Source: Octopus vulgaris
Lineage: Eukaryota
Length of the DNA: 64,000 nucleotides
NCBI GenBank assembly: GCA_951406725.2
Contig: OX597824.1
Coordinates: 45,508,001 to 45,572,000, forward strand
Direction of reading: 5' to 3'
This document shows positions 1 through 13,260 of this stretch, in pieces (the first letter of the stretch is position 1; every line of letters begins with the position of its first letter). Both the position numbers and the translations under genes were made by a program. The notes below the pieces were generated by a model that was given only the letters and a program-made list of their open reading frames with translations, did not search any database and had not been told where the DNA came from.

Positions 1-1040
1 AAATGTAGACAGGCTATACTTTTCACAAAGGATGGCAGCTGTGGTCTCAAATCTATATTGATGTTATATGAAACATGTATTGTGACATTGAAACATCTGA
101 GGAAAGAGACCAAGTTTGAGACCATGAAGCCAACAATATAATTAGGATAGCTAATAAACTTGAGGAGAGGTATGAAAAACTTGAGGGGAGGTGTGAAAAA
201 AGAGCTGATACAGATCTCTCCTCAAGGAACATTGGTAAAATCCATTTATTAGAACTGAATAAAACAAATGGACCAGTTCACTGAAAAGACAGTACATGGA
301 TACTTGGCATGTAAAACACAAACCATAGAACGAACTGACCATGTCTAAAACTTGGCAATGAACACAGAAAAGTTTACGACATTCCACTTTGAAGGCTACA
401 TCCATGTAATCCAAAAACAAGAGATCCCCACTAAGTACCTACATCATAAAAGGCAGAAAACATTGACAGACAACAAATGCAGGTTGTGCAAGACCAAGAC
501 TGAAGACATGAACCACATTATTACCAACGGTGAGAGAATGTCTTCAAGATATTTTCTTCCTATGAGGAATGATGTAATGGCCAGAATAGTCTGGAACAGG
601 ATAACAATAAAGAAAACACCTACAACTGAAGTTGACCATGTAGAGCCCAATGGGTCAAAAGAATATTGGTGGAACTTAAAAATTAAAACAACCACCAAGT
701 TAAAACACAACTAGCAAGGTATCATTGCGTAGGGCCACAAAGAAAAGATATGTTCTGTTGTGGAAATCAGCTGCCCTCTGGACACCAATGTGGTTAGAAA
801 AACACAAAAGAAAGAGAATATTTATGGACCATTGATAAGTAGTTTGCAAATCCAATACCCAAGATACACTTCCAGCTTCATTTCTATTAGTATTGGAACA
901 ACAGGATACATACCAGCTTATCTGGAACCAAGTATGGCTGAGCTTGGGATCTTGGGGAGAAATCCAAATGCTTAATTCACATGTTACAAATGATGACAAT
1001 ATCTAGGACTATAAAAATTTCCAAGACCTTCAGATTTAAA
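1..1040 (+). mobile_element. Decayed 3' part of an R4/Dong-like non-LTR retrotransposon (restriction-like endonuclease)
   Basis: Fragments HGYL, EGYIHVIQKQEIPTKY, CRLC...DMNHI (CCHC-type knuckle), RNDVMARIVW (RHD-like), WWNLKIKT..KHN, VVEISCPLDTNV..K..K...Y; several stops and frameshifts. Confidence 0.75.
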
Positions 1041-1149
1041 GGATGATGGTTAAAAGAAGATACTTTCTTTCACAACCTTGCTACCAAGTAGGTGGCCAGT
1101 CAAAATTTACTCTAAATTAAATTGAGAAAGAGAACACCCACACACAAAC

Positions 1150-2245
1150 ACATGATGCTTAAAATGGGATAGCTCTTGGAGGTATGTATCGAAGATCAGA
1201 CTTGATGTAGTGTGCTGATAAGCATGCTGGAATTTTTTAAAAAAGGCAAAAGCTTGTATGATGATTTTCAGAAGGTGAAACTTCTAAAGAAAAACCATTT
1301 CTAGTCAGTAAAGGCTGGTTTGAAAGGTTAAGAAGTGCTTCCATTTGTACATCAAAAATGACTGGTCTACCAGTGCTGATACAGAAGCTGCTGCTGAGCA
1401 ACTGAAAGAAAGGATTTAGTTCTAAAGGAGGCTACACACCAGGACAAGTATACAATATTGACGAAACTGCACTTTTCTGGAAGCTCTTGTCTGCAAGAAC
1501 TTCCTTGAATAGAAAAAATCAACACCAAAATTTAACATTTCCAAAAACTACTTGATGCAGCTTCTGAGAGGAAATGCTGCTGGTGATATGAACAACCTAC
1601 CAAACTATCCAGTGAACTTTAATTTTGAAAATAGAATGTATTCTCAAGAATATAATTTCTTTGTTCTAAGAATAGTAACTAACTTCAAGGCATATTATAT
1701 GAGAACTTTTAAATTTATGCCAAAGGGTTGGAACTTATATAGGAAAGTGTATAAGTTTTCGCTTATAACAACCCTAATTGCAAACATAACATAAAAATTA
1801 TAAGGAGTTTATAATGAACTGAGTTCCTAGATTGAGCTGTAAAAAGTGATGATGCAGCATAAACAATGAAACGATTTTGGATAAGTTCTTCACCCCTCTA
1901 AGCTAGAAGAGAGTGTCCCTCATCTTCCCAGTAATTCTTATTCTATCACCACCACCACCAACACCATCCTGCACACAGTAGTCAACATCTTTTGTGGTAA
2001 GGATGTATTCTTTCATGATATTATGAATTATACTGTATATGTTTACAAATGTTTTTTTTTTTTTTTTTACACATTTACTGTGGTCTTATTTCTTTAGAAA
2101 TACTTATTTCTTTAGAAAATATAAAAGTGGCAGAATGCAATATCACACCATAATATAAAAATCAATGGGAAGATTAATTTCACGTTATGGGATTCCATGC
2201 TACAGCAAGTTTTCAGGAACGAATTACTTCCATGACAGAGGAGAT
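1150..2245 (+). mobile_element. Tigger/pogo (CENP-B-like) DNA transposon remnant
   Basis: SKGWFERL (~1307-1330), GGYTPGQVYNIDETALFWK (1427-1483), GNAAGD (1570-1587) and terminal ILDKFF; heavily disrupted, boundaries approximate. Confidence 0.7.
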
Positions 2246-2471
2246 TCATGGACACACACACACACAGATGCTTACATCTATTATAGATTTTGCGATTCAG
2301 AAATTACCATTATTAAATTTTTCATGCACTTCTGTGCAAGAGTATTAGTTGTTGTTGAAGTTTCAGTCTCCTGCCTGACCTTTTATTGCCCTCTGTTCAT
2401 CTAACAAAAATATCAATTGCCTCCGTTATTGATGTCTAGAGGAACTGTTTGAAGTACTTACCCTGAACTAG

Positions 2472-3020
2472 TTAAAATATGCATAATGTATTTGTAGATT
2501 TTCAACTCAGACATGAATAATGTACACATGGTGTATATAGATTTCCTTCTAAAAATCAAGGTTCTTTGCAGTATTAGCAATGATTTATCAATAATTAAAT
2601 CAACAGTAATGCTGTTTCATGGAGTGATGATTTAACCTGGTCCTGTAGTACTACTCATTTACAACTGGACTGTTTGAAAAAGATGTCCTGGCACATGAGA
2701 GTATTTAATTTCTTGGCTATTATCTGCTATTCTATTCACCTAGTCATCAACATTACCATTCTTAGTAAAATGTCTAAACTAATGCAAGTCTTCATAGGTT
2801 GCCTTATATGAAGCACTAAGCATAAGTTATTTAAAATATGCATAATCTATTTGTAGGTTAATATTTTTAACTCAGAATAATGTGCAATATAAGTTTTTCT
2901 CTTAAAATCCAAGATTCATTGTTCATTGAATCAACAGTAATGCTGTTCTTTTGGAATGATGATTTTTACCTGATCCTGCTGTAACTATTTACAACTGAGC
3001 CATTTGAGAGTTGTGTCCCA
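2472..3020. repeat. Old diverged direct duplication (~200-bp units at 2472-2690 and 2831-3020)
   Basis: Shared blocks ttaaaatatgcataat.tatttgtag, aatcaacagtaatgctgtt, tgatgattt..cctg.tcctg and tttacaactg in the same order. Confidence 0.8.
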
Positions 3021-3354
3021 GCTAGAGATACTTAAGATCAAACTTCTTTCTACAAAGATAATTTGATAATTTTCTTTAATTATTTTTAACGAAAGCAAAC
3101 ATGTTAACCATGATGCCTGTTAGGAGGCATCAGCCACCTCTCATCATAAAGCTTCATTTTCTGAGTCTAGATATTGTGTAGGTGTGTTTGAGAGAGAGAG
3201 AGAGAAAGAGAGAGGGGGGAGTGATTCTGTTCATACCACTTCAAGAAATCTTGATGACAGATTGAGGGTCCCCTAATTATAGGATCTTCTACTTGCAGAG
3301 TTAGTCAGAAGAAATGGCCTGTACAAGTTAAAAAACCTTACAGTATTTCATTTC

Positions 3355-3398
<44 letters not shown>

Positions 3399-3841
3399 TA
3401 TATATATATATGTATATACATATATACATACATACAGCAAAGGAAAGACAGAAGATGGAATATACAAGAATTTATTATTAATAATGACAATTATTTCAAC
3501 ACATCTAGCATCGATTCCTCTTGGGTGGGACACTCAACAACTGGTTGAGGAGCATCCGGTGGTGCAGATGTATCTTGTCGAGTGATAAATACAACTTGTT
3601 AAAATGAATGTTCTGCAATGTAACTGTTGATTTCGTAGAGAGAAAAGCTGCCAGATATAGATCAAAAATAAAATCACAGATGACAAGAGAAACAAACACG
3701 CAATCCAGCGAGAAAAGTATTAAAAATAACTGTTAACAGGTATGGATGCATAAACGCCCTTGGGCAAGCTGCATGGCGCCAGTACACTCACTCATACAAG
3801 CATCCACAAAAATGTGAGAATATGCACATGTGAGAATATGA

Positions 3842-4164
3842 TCACAAAGTGAGTTATCTATCAACTTGGTGTTTATAAGAAATGAGAGGTTAAAAGTAAA
3901 CTGAAGTCATCCATCGCTTAAAGTAAATTGAGTTATGTTAAGGGCTACTCAAAATTCATTCTCACTGCATTGTGCGAAAGTACATATATATGCATGTACG
4001 CATCTCAAGAGTTGTTTGGAAATTCTATTAATTATCTTCTGGTTAGTCCACACAATAGACAGGGATTTATATAAATGTACTTTAGCAAGGTATAGATGAC
4101 ATAAGTTTACTTTTAACCTCTACATTCCTATAAACACAAAGTTGATAAATAACTCGCTTTGTGA
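3842..4164. repeat. Inverted repeat, ~85-bp arms (3842-3925 / 4078-4164), ~150-bp spacer
   Basis: tcacaaagtgagttatctatcaacttggtgtttataagaaatgagaggttaaaagtaaact versus reverse complement tcacaaagcgagttatttatcaactttgtgtttataggaatgtagaggttaaaagtaaact. The right arm ends at an RTE tail. Confidence 0.85.
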
Positions 4165-4165
4165 A

Positions 4166-4534
4166 ATCATCATCATCTTCATCGTCGTTTAGCGTCCGTT
4201 TTCCACGCTGATATATATGAATATATATATATAAACATATATACATGAATACATATATATATATATATATACACATAAATAAACATATATACATGAATAC
4301 ATATATATATATACATAAATAAACATATATACATGAATACATATATATATACATAAATAAACATATATACATGAATACATATATATATATACATAAATAA
4401 ACATATATATACATGAATACATATATATATATACATAAATAAACATATATACATGAATATATATATACATATATAAACATGTATGAATATACATATATAA
4501 ACATGTATGAATATACATATATAAACATGTATGA

Positions 4535-4579
<45 letters not shown>

Positions 4580-4932
4580 TATGTTTTTTTACATGCCACC
4601 TGCACGAGAGCCAGTCTGGCGGCACTGGCAACGACTATGCTCGAATGTTGTTTTTCACATGCCACAGGCACATGCGCCAGTAAGGCAACACTGGCAATAA
4701 TCAGACTCGAATGGTGCTTTTTACATGCCACCGGTATGGGTGCCAGTCAGCAGCCCTGGCAACAGTCACGCTTGGATGGCGCTTCTACTGGCGTCATCGG
4801 CCATGCCAGCGATTTTGACTTAGATTTCACTTGCCTCAACAGGTCTTTGCAAGCAAAGTTTATTGTTCAATGAATGAAGGGTACTTATAAGTGGGCTGGT
4901 TATACACGACTGGCATAGGCCACGTGTTATGG
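4166..4932 (-). mobile_element. RTE LINE 3'-UTR fragment interrupted by a compound microsatellite
   Basis: Terminal ggaaaacggacgctaaacgacgatga(gat)n and gtgc..gtggcatgtaaaaa repeat units match the 3' end of the RTE at 36750-37249; (TA)/(CATGAATA)-type array at 4211-4580. Confidence 0.85.
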
Positions 4933-4934
4933 TT

Positions 4935-5508
4935 TATTTTTTTAATTAGTATATCCAAGAATGGGAGCTCCTTTTGGTTGTATTCCATTGTGAACTGTAT
5001 GTTTGGGTTGGTGCTCTTCAATAAACTTTTGAATTTCAGGAGTTTATCTGTGTTTTCATTCTAGAGTATGAAACAGTCGTCTAGGAATCTTTTCCAATTT
5101 TCTTTTATGTATTGGGCAAGGGGTTTCCAAAGGTAGATAAAGATTGCTGGTATACTATTATTTCCAGATAGCTCATTGTTAGGTTTGCAATGACTGGAGC
5201 TGCCCGAGTGCCCATGGCAATTCCAGATTTTTGTCGATAAAATGTATTGTCAAACTTGAAGTGATTGTTTCGTAGGATGAATTCAACCGATTGAATTATG
5301 AATTCTTTGCTGATCCTTTCTGGTATTTCTTCCAGAAATTGGTCCAGCTGAAGCTGAATTGCCTCTAGCCCATAATTATGAGGTATACTGGTATGTTAAT
5401 TAATTACGTCAAATGAAACCATGATTGTTTCTTCCCTGACATTTTTTGGGAGGTGATTTAACATATCCATGTCATCTCTGATATGGCTATTGATGTGTTT
5501 ACCAATCC
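4935..5508 (-). mobile_element. Penelope-like element (PLE) reverse transcriptase fragment
   Basis: Minus-strand translation: HIRDDMDMLNHLP..MVSFDV..TSIPH..GLEAI..FILRNNHFKFDNTFYRQKSGIAMGTRAAPVIANL..WKRFLDDCFI..NIQFTMEYNQKELPFLDILI. These are PLE-type RT motifs (G.AMG, RFLDD, FTME..LPFLD), disrupted. Confidence 0.85.
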
Positions 5509-5990
5509 CCGACTCTCGTTTTGCGCATGTATACTAATGCATGCATGCAAATGTGCACACACATGCATGCACACTGGTATGCATATGTACATGCATGCAA
5601 GTATATATATAAGTACATATGAATGAATATGCATGCGTGTGTGTGCGTATGTGCATGTATACATGTGTGTGTATGCATGCTGGCATATGTGCTTAGATAC
5701 AGATGCGCACATTTGCATCAATATACACATGCACGCAAAACCATATGAGCTATATAGAACTATATACATGCACATACCACCCCTTCCTTTTTCCCCCCGC
5801 AACAACCAGACCAATTTCCTAATTGCCACATGGTCCATTTCCTGTCCCCCATATGATCAATTTTCTGTTCACCATGTGGTATTTTCCAACTAACTGTTAC
5901 CCATATACCAACATCAAACCACAACACCGCGTGACCTTCCTCCATCAATCACAGCCCAACTCACGGTAATAACTGTCAACTTCTGTCATT

Positions 5991-6057
5991 CAAATTCAAA
6001 ATGGCTGATGACTAGCATCACGCTTGAAACTAAAAAGTACCAACAAATTTCAATTTG
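5991..6057 (+). ncRNA. Candidate type I hammerhead ribozyme (Penelope pLTR-associated)
   Basis: CTGATGA 6005-6011; stem II AGC/GCT; GAAA 6026-6029; stem III ACT-aaaa-AGT; cleavage triplet GTA 6037-6039; stem I TGG/CCA extended by CAAATT.AAA / TTT.AATTTG. About 500 bp from the PLE RT fragment. Confidence 0.6.
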
Positions 6058-6319
6058 TTTTGATCCACACACACACACACACATGCATATATACATACAG
6101 CAATAGCAATAATCTGTCTATGGAATTTATAAACATTTTAATGCATCGCTACATGCATTTCCACAAATCATATGTCTCTTAAAATCAGTCTGTACTTCTG
6201 GAATGATTACACTGTAGTCTGTAGTACCCATAGGCAATGGGTAGATCATGTTCATGGATTCATTTCTTCAGATGATATAACATTAATGGATGTTTAGCTG
6301 AGGGTTGTTTATCCCATAT

Positions 6320-6331
6320 GCATATATAAAT

Positions 6332-6390
<59 letters not shown>

Positions 6391-7091
6391 TCCATAAATA
6401 CATGTATACAAATATATATATGTACACACATATATATATATACACACACACATATATATGTATATATATATGTATATATATATGTGTATATATATATATA
6501 TGTATATACATATATATATATATACATACATATACACACACATATATGTATACATACATACATATATATACATACATATACACACACATATATGTATATA
6601 TACATACATACATAAACACACACATATATGTATATATACATACATACATACATATACACACACATATATGTATATATACATACATACATACATATACACA
6701 CACATATATGTATATATACATACATACATATACACACACATATATGTATATATACATACATACATACATATACACACACATATATGTATATATACATACA
6801 TACATACATATACACACACAAATGTATATATACATACATACATACATATACACACACATATGTATACATACATACATACATACATATACACACACATATG
6901 TATACATACATACATACATACATATACACACACATATGTATACATACATACATACATATACACACACATATATGTATACATACATACATACATACATATA
7001 CACACACATATATGTATATATACATACATACATACATATACACACACATATATGTATATATACATACATACATACATACATATACACACAC

Positions 7092-7131
<40 letters not shown>

Positions 7132-7226
7132 ATACAGATGTATGTATATATATATGTATAAGTATATATATATATATATATATATAAATATATATATATA
7201 TGTAGATATATATATGCATGTATATA

Positions 7227-7266
<40 letters not shown>

Positions 7267-7310
7267 TATGTATATATATATATTTATATATCATACAAAC
7301 GTATATGCAC
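6320..7310. repeat. ~1-kb compound (TA)/(CA)/(CATA) micro/minisatellite
   Basis: Recurring ~34-38-bp unit catatatgtatatatacatacatacatacatatacaca; source of six spurious ORFs. Confidence 0.95.
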
Positions 7311-7324
7311 ATATAAGACACTAT

Positions 7325-7715
7325 CATTGCTTAATGTTCACTTTTTTCATCCTTACATCAGTCATACAGAATTTGTTGAGGCAGATTTTCTACAACCCTC
7401 ACCTGTTTGTTTCCTAGTAAAGTAATATTCCTCATGGTGAGACATATTTTCACAGAAGATTGGAAATAAATTACTGCTTCCGTTAGAGTGATACTCATTT
7501 ACAGCTATCATGCAATGTCAAGGCAAAGAGATATATTAGCACATATATGGATGGATTCTCTCAGGTTACATCTACCTAATTAACTCACAAGGCTTTGGTC
7601 AGCTTGGGGCTGTAATAGAAAACACCTGCCCAAAGCGACATGCAGTTGGACTGAACCCGAAACCATGTAGCTAGGAAACAAATTTTCACTGCACAACCAT
7701 GTCTGTACCTGCACT
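7325..7715 (-). mobile_element. tRNA-headed SINE with RTE-like 3' tail (decayed)
   Basis: Minus-strand head with B-box-like ggttcagtcc and body ccaaagccttgtgagt; 3' module aaacaggtgagggttg shared with 38695-39105 and 44365-44620. Confidence 0.65.
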
Positions 7716-8390
7716 TACACACACAAAAATTTACCATTTCTTTATACAAATACAGTATACAGAATATTGTTTGCTAAACAAGTTTTATTGGTATCTTTAT
7801 TAAGGGCTATCACAAATATAAAAATGGGTACTTGAAAAACTAATATCAGCATTTCACATTACATTCTTAACATCTGCATTTGCAGTACTTTACTATTAAC
7901 AAGCTGTAAAATTATGACATACTCAAAGCAAACTCTGTGCCTTGAAGTTCCCAGCCACTCCTCAACACTAGAAATAAAATGCTACAGTCACGTTTACAAA
8001 ATAAAAACACAAAATTCCTTTACTCCCAGTCAACTTCTAGTCAAGGTCAAACTAACTGGTTGGTTGTACATAGCTGTGACAAGGTGGAGTGAGGGTTGGG
8101 GTTTGTACCACAAAATACTTCTATACAGAAAAATATTTTCTTCATAAACTTTATTTACATAGCATAAATCTTTTTCAAAACTATTGTTAGTATTGTTTAC
8201 TTATTATCTTTCAATGAGTAAATGTTTCCTTGTGTGAGAACATTGAAAAAAGCCAAGTCAACAAACACTAGACAATGAGCATCTTATAAGAAGTGTAGGG
8301 TGACATACATAACAGTCTTCATTGGTAATAAAGGAAAAAAGTCCCTGCTGACCCACTTCAGTAAGAGTAGCTATGAAGGTTACTCATCAT

Positions 8391-8425
<35 letters not shown>

Positions 8426-11400
8426 GCCACAGACTATCACTTTATTATCATGCTAGTTCAATAACATAGCTGTATCAAGCCACAACCAACTAGCTAAAGC
8501 TGAATTAACCCCCAAGAGAACAAAATAAACATTAAAACTTATTCTCTTTACTCTCTAAGGCACTGAACCTAAAGTGAAATGTCTAGGCTGTATGTGACCG
8601 GTACCTTCATGCAGAATGTTAGTGAATTGTTTAGCTCCAGTTTCAGTCCTCATCAAGCAGACCCTTGATCAAAAGTATTTTATCTCTAACCAATCTCTTG
8701 TTTTGTATATCTAGAACTATAGTTCCTAATGTCTCAATTTTATAAGATAAGTAAGGTCTGATGTGAGGGAGATTTAAATGCTAACGCACCATGTTGAGTG
8801 AGTGCATGTAGGCTTTCTTGTTGGGGGTGATATAATCTGTCTCAGTGTGTGTATGGTTAGAAATGACAATAGCAAGTCATTTTAATAAGACTTGATTGTA
8901 AAGATCATTAACATACAGAAGAGAGAAGAAAGCAATAAGATAGTCAGGCAGGAATCAGCCAATACAAGAAATGAGAGGTGGTTGGAATATATAGACAAAT
9001 GACTTGCTGGAGATTTTTGTATCAGAAATAGACAAAAGTTTGATAGCAAGAGCACTATAATTGCTTTTATAAAAGTTCTTAAGATTAAAATATCAGTTGA
9101 TTGTAACATGGCAAGTGCAGTTTGCAATAGTTCTGATTCTATAGAAATTGTGCTGATGATTGTAGAGAAGAGAAAGATACAATTTAGTGAAGGAAGTGGT
9201 TGCTTAAAACGGTCTCTATCCCTTTGAAATGTTGAAAGTGAGGGTGATAGTTTGGTGATGAAGCAGATAAAATCAAGAAGAGTAGGTTTAGAGGATTTTG
9301 TATGTAAACAACACTGAACTGGAATCAAAATAAGAAAAAACATGGTGTCTTTATCTGCAACAATACAACTTATAGATTTCTTTTAGTTAAAGGATAATAA
9401 TAGGAATACCTGAGTCAGTAGAGATCTTAGCAAGAAACAAGGTCTGATGGTAGTTTGGGAGTTAAGAGAGCTTGTCAAGCAATGTATATAGCCATCATTT
9501 GCTTTCCAGATGGATAACTCACTTTCTATGTCATAGGTAGTGTTCTTTGCTTCTACAACCTTACTGTATATATGGACCACTTGGGAGCTATTTGTGTTGT
9601 GAGATTTGTTTGTAGGAAGGAAATGGAAGGATATACTTAGGATGGTGCTATCAGTTATCTATAAATGAGTCAGAGCTGAAATACATTTGAATCCAAAGAA
9701 TGGTGAATAGTTGGTTGAAGGAACGTTAATTGTATGCAAACAAAGAACAGGAAGGATATAGGAAGATATCTAACCTTAGAGCTAGATTGCTAAATGTTGG
9801 CCTCATACAAGATTGAAAAGTGTGATGATATACAGTACAGAAGACCTATAAATCCATGTTGATACAGAAGAACAGAGATTAAAATGAACACAAACTTCTT
9901 TCCACAAAATTTCTGTATAAAACTGCTTTGACAAGAGTAGATACAATCTTTCTTTCTTTCTTACACCCACAAAATCTTACACCCACAAAATCCTTCTCTC
10001 TACTATACATACATGCATACATAGCTTTCAGGCTGCTGTGAAAGTTGGTGTTTTTCAGGACAGATTAGTTAATAAATCAATATTATCAAACTAAGCAGGT
10101 ACAACAGCTCAAGAGTTTTATCAATAATTTTTCAAAATATTCAATTTTTTAAACAGCCCACTTTGAAATATTGAGGACATCTAGCATACAAAATTATTTT
10201 CCACTGCAATAGAAATTTCTTTAAAAAAAAAGGGTGCTATCAGACATAACTGCTACTGACTAGCAAGCAGCATACAACAGTAGGATACTGACAATACCTT
10301 GCAACTTAAAAACAGTAGTTTGGAAAGAACATCTGATAGAAACAAAGCAATAATAAAATCAGGAGTATATATAAACAAATACAGAATCTATAAAAAGAAA
10401 AGAGAAGGAAAATTTACTAGTTGACAGCTCTTACGTTAAGTGCAATCAAAATGTAAAAAGAAGCTGGGCACTAATATTGAAAACTAATATGAAAAGCTAT
10501 GTTAAATTTCAGTTGGCTTGGAACTAAGAACCAAGAGTCATTGGACTAGATTCTACAAATTCAATTGCAGAGAATTTAAAGGCTTAAAAAATTCAGAACA
10601 ACACTTCCAATTGTCAATCAATGATATATTCTGTTCTTCATAAAATATTTCTGATTCTAAACAATTTAACAATTCAATAGAAATGACAAAGACATAAGGT
10701 AATGGTATATAAACAAAGTAAAATCTGGAATCTAAGCTGGTGATGGTTTGCATCAGCAATAAATAGTCCACAGGAAAGTTCGTCTATTTGATAATCAAAA
10801 TTTTACTTGAACAACAATGCTCTTTGAGATCTTTGATTCACTAAGAAAATATTTTCAGGTTGGCACATTTCTTGCTAGCAACAATGACATACTAAAGAAA
10901 GCAGATGAGTACTACAGGATAAAAAAAAAAGTGCATAAATAAACCAACTATTTTGTGGTTAACAGGGAAACTAATTTAAGTTGAATTCTAATAAAAGGGA
11001 AAAAAAAATCCTTAGATTCAAAAATTTTGCAACACCCTTAATGATTTAAGCTACTAATACTTTAATGTGATGTATCGTTTTAGAAACTATTGCTACTCTC
11101 TACTAAAAAGGAAACTGCTAACAGTGACAGCAAAAACAAACTATATATGAGAAATAGTGTGAGAAAATTAGCTCTTCCTGTATTCTCTTAGTTTCAGCAA
11201 TTGTAAGTGGTCTTATGGAACTAAAATATTGAGCTTGCAAAAGAAATTTTTGGAGGGAGGGAGGGAGGGAGAGGGGGAGAGAGAGAGAGAGATGGGGGGA
11301 ATAGTAGGATAGTATGTTTATAACTATTTTCAAAACAATTAAAAAGATAAAAGATTCTTTAAATTTCAAATATTTACAAGAAATCCAATACAATTTCATG

Positions 11401-12129
11401 TTGAAAGTAAAGAATATTTGTTATTGATCTAATTAAAACAAATAGCAATTAAAACAACAATGCATACTAAAGGAATGAACATTTTTTTAAACAAAAAAGA
11501 CATCAAACGTAAATTCAAAGAAGCAAATATTTACAAAAATGATTCTATTTCCGTTCAAACTCTTCAATTAAAATAAAATTAGAAAAAGAACTGAACTTGT
11601 GAGGAGCATGTTGTAAAGTAAATTAAAATTTGAAGAAAGAAAGGCTGATAGTTTCAAAAAAGATTGACCAATACTCATGGACACTAAGATGGAGGAGTGA
11701 AAAACAGAAAAATAAAAAAGATTTTATATCATAGAAGTGCCAACTTTCAACAATTTTGTGACTACATTTCTAATGAAATACACTTTTGTACTGGTTTCAG
11801 ACATTGGATTGCAATCATACTAGGGCATTGCCTTGAAGGATTTTATTGACCAAATTGATACCCAGAATTTATTTAAGCCCAGCATTTATTCTAATCAGTG
11901 TCTTTTCCTCAATCTGCTAAGTAGTGAAAGAGTATACAGTCAATGCCAGTTGTTAAAGAGTTAACATAAAGGCAATTTATGGAGAGTAACAAATACAAAT
12001 CACACATAATGAACTTCCCTGTAGCAGCTCTGTCTACCAAATTCACTCACAATATATTGGTTGGCCTGGGCTTTAGTAGGAGACACTTGTAGGATTAAAT
12101 CTAGAAAACATGAACTGCCTCTTCTTTAA

Positions 12130-12347
12130 CTCTTTAACATTCAGACTATTGCCAAATGTAATGGTTATTTATTCAGATTCTTTTGAATTCATCATGCATT
12201 ATCTCATAACTTTGAGATTTCAATGGTGTGATTGTTTACTATTAGAATGATATTGTCAGGTAGATGTGAGAGGCAGGATCTAACCAGTTTGAACATAAAA
12301 CAGACACGATATTTGGGCTGGATATGGCTGGTTTAAATGTTAAAGGG
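12130..12347 (+). mobile_element. piggyBac-type MITE, family A
   Basis: TTAA|ctctttaacatt ... aatgttaaaggg|TTAA; internal sequence shared with copies at 17351, 33471, 41780, 43650 and ~44885. Confidence 0.8.
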
Positions 12348-12419
12348 TTAAAGTAATTCCCTTCATAATCAGTTGTTCTATAACATTCAGTAACTATCAT
12401 AACTTAGCTCTGTAGTTGC

Positions 12420-13260
12420 TTCTTTTGAGAGCATCTCTTTTGCCTTAGTAACAGTTGATGATGATACTGCTATGCCAGTCATTGGATGTGACACTTTCTT
12501 GCACTCCCTGACTGACTATGCAAATGACTAACATGTGTTCTACTTTGCCAGATATTTTCAGCAATTATCCCTAAAGGTTCTGCTACTTTCCCTGCCTTTA
12601 TATTCATAACTGTGTTTTTGACTGTATCACTGTCAACTTGGCTCCTCTGTTGAGTCTTCCCCCACCCCCTTTCTCTCACTCCTCTTGTAAGATTCTTATA
12701 CATCTTTCTTCTCAGCATCAGTGATGACAAGTATATATGCTGCTATTACTCTGTCACTTATTGTTTCCCATTATTTTGATTTACATTGATACACTGATTT
12801 GCAATGTGGAACATCTCTTGCTTCTAATTGCTTCATTACAGAAACAAATCTTTAAGTTTAGCTTCTCTCCTTGCTAAGTATACTTGATATCTAACTTTAC
12901 TTTTAGTTATATTGTTCTTTGTTCCCCATTTTCTCCCTAGGCTGGTTTCTTAGCTTTACTACTATTGAGCATACCATTTCACTATCAGGTCACTTTATAC
13001 TTGGCTGGCACCTGCTCTATAGATTTAGACTGTCTTTTCAACTCCCAATCATCCTTTATGTTATAAGTTTATCTCCTCTTTGTTATATGCATTAACTAGT
13101 GTTTCCTTAAACCTTTGTCTAGGTGAAGATATACTTTTCCATACCTCTCTCTTCAGGCTCTTATCTTAAAGACATTAATTACCAGTTTTTATGGTGTGGT
13201 ACATTGTTCAATGATGACAGATTTCATATCTATAGTAGTTGCCTATCCCATTTCCTGATG
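12420..13260 (-). mobile_element. Old degraded RTE LINE ORF fragment
   Basis: Minus-strand NDWHSSIIINCY*GKRDA and IKAGKVAEPLGIIAE match NDWCSSTIVNCYKGKGDA and MKPGKAPGPSGITAE of the RTE at 34.5-37.2 kb. Confidence 0.7.

Noticed and set aside
2955-3000. C/D-box-like motifs ATGATGA...CTGA...CTGA
   Set aside because: Only ~45 nt from C to D, antisense to the host gene, and the duplicated copy at ~2624-2668 has CTGG in place of both CTGA boxes.
3485-3535. Possible third hammerhead on the minus strand (GAAATAATTGTC)
   Set aside because: The upstream core reads CCCAAGA instead of CTGANGA and stem I cannot form; too degenerate to call.
6260-7417. Long ORFs of 177-355 aa (also 4082-4731, 56976-58140, 58361-59291)
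   Set aside because: Translations of TA/CA/CATA microsatellites that happen to lack stop codons; low-complexity Y/I/M/C/V/H/T sequence, not genes.
8882-9900. 153-aa minus-strand ORF and purine-skewed region
   Set aside because: No recognisable motif or convincing splice sites; possibly an ancient LINE remnant, but I cannot support a call.
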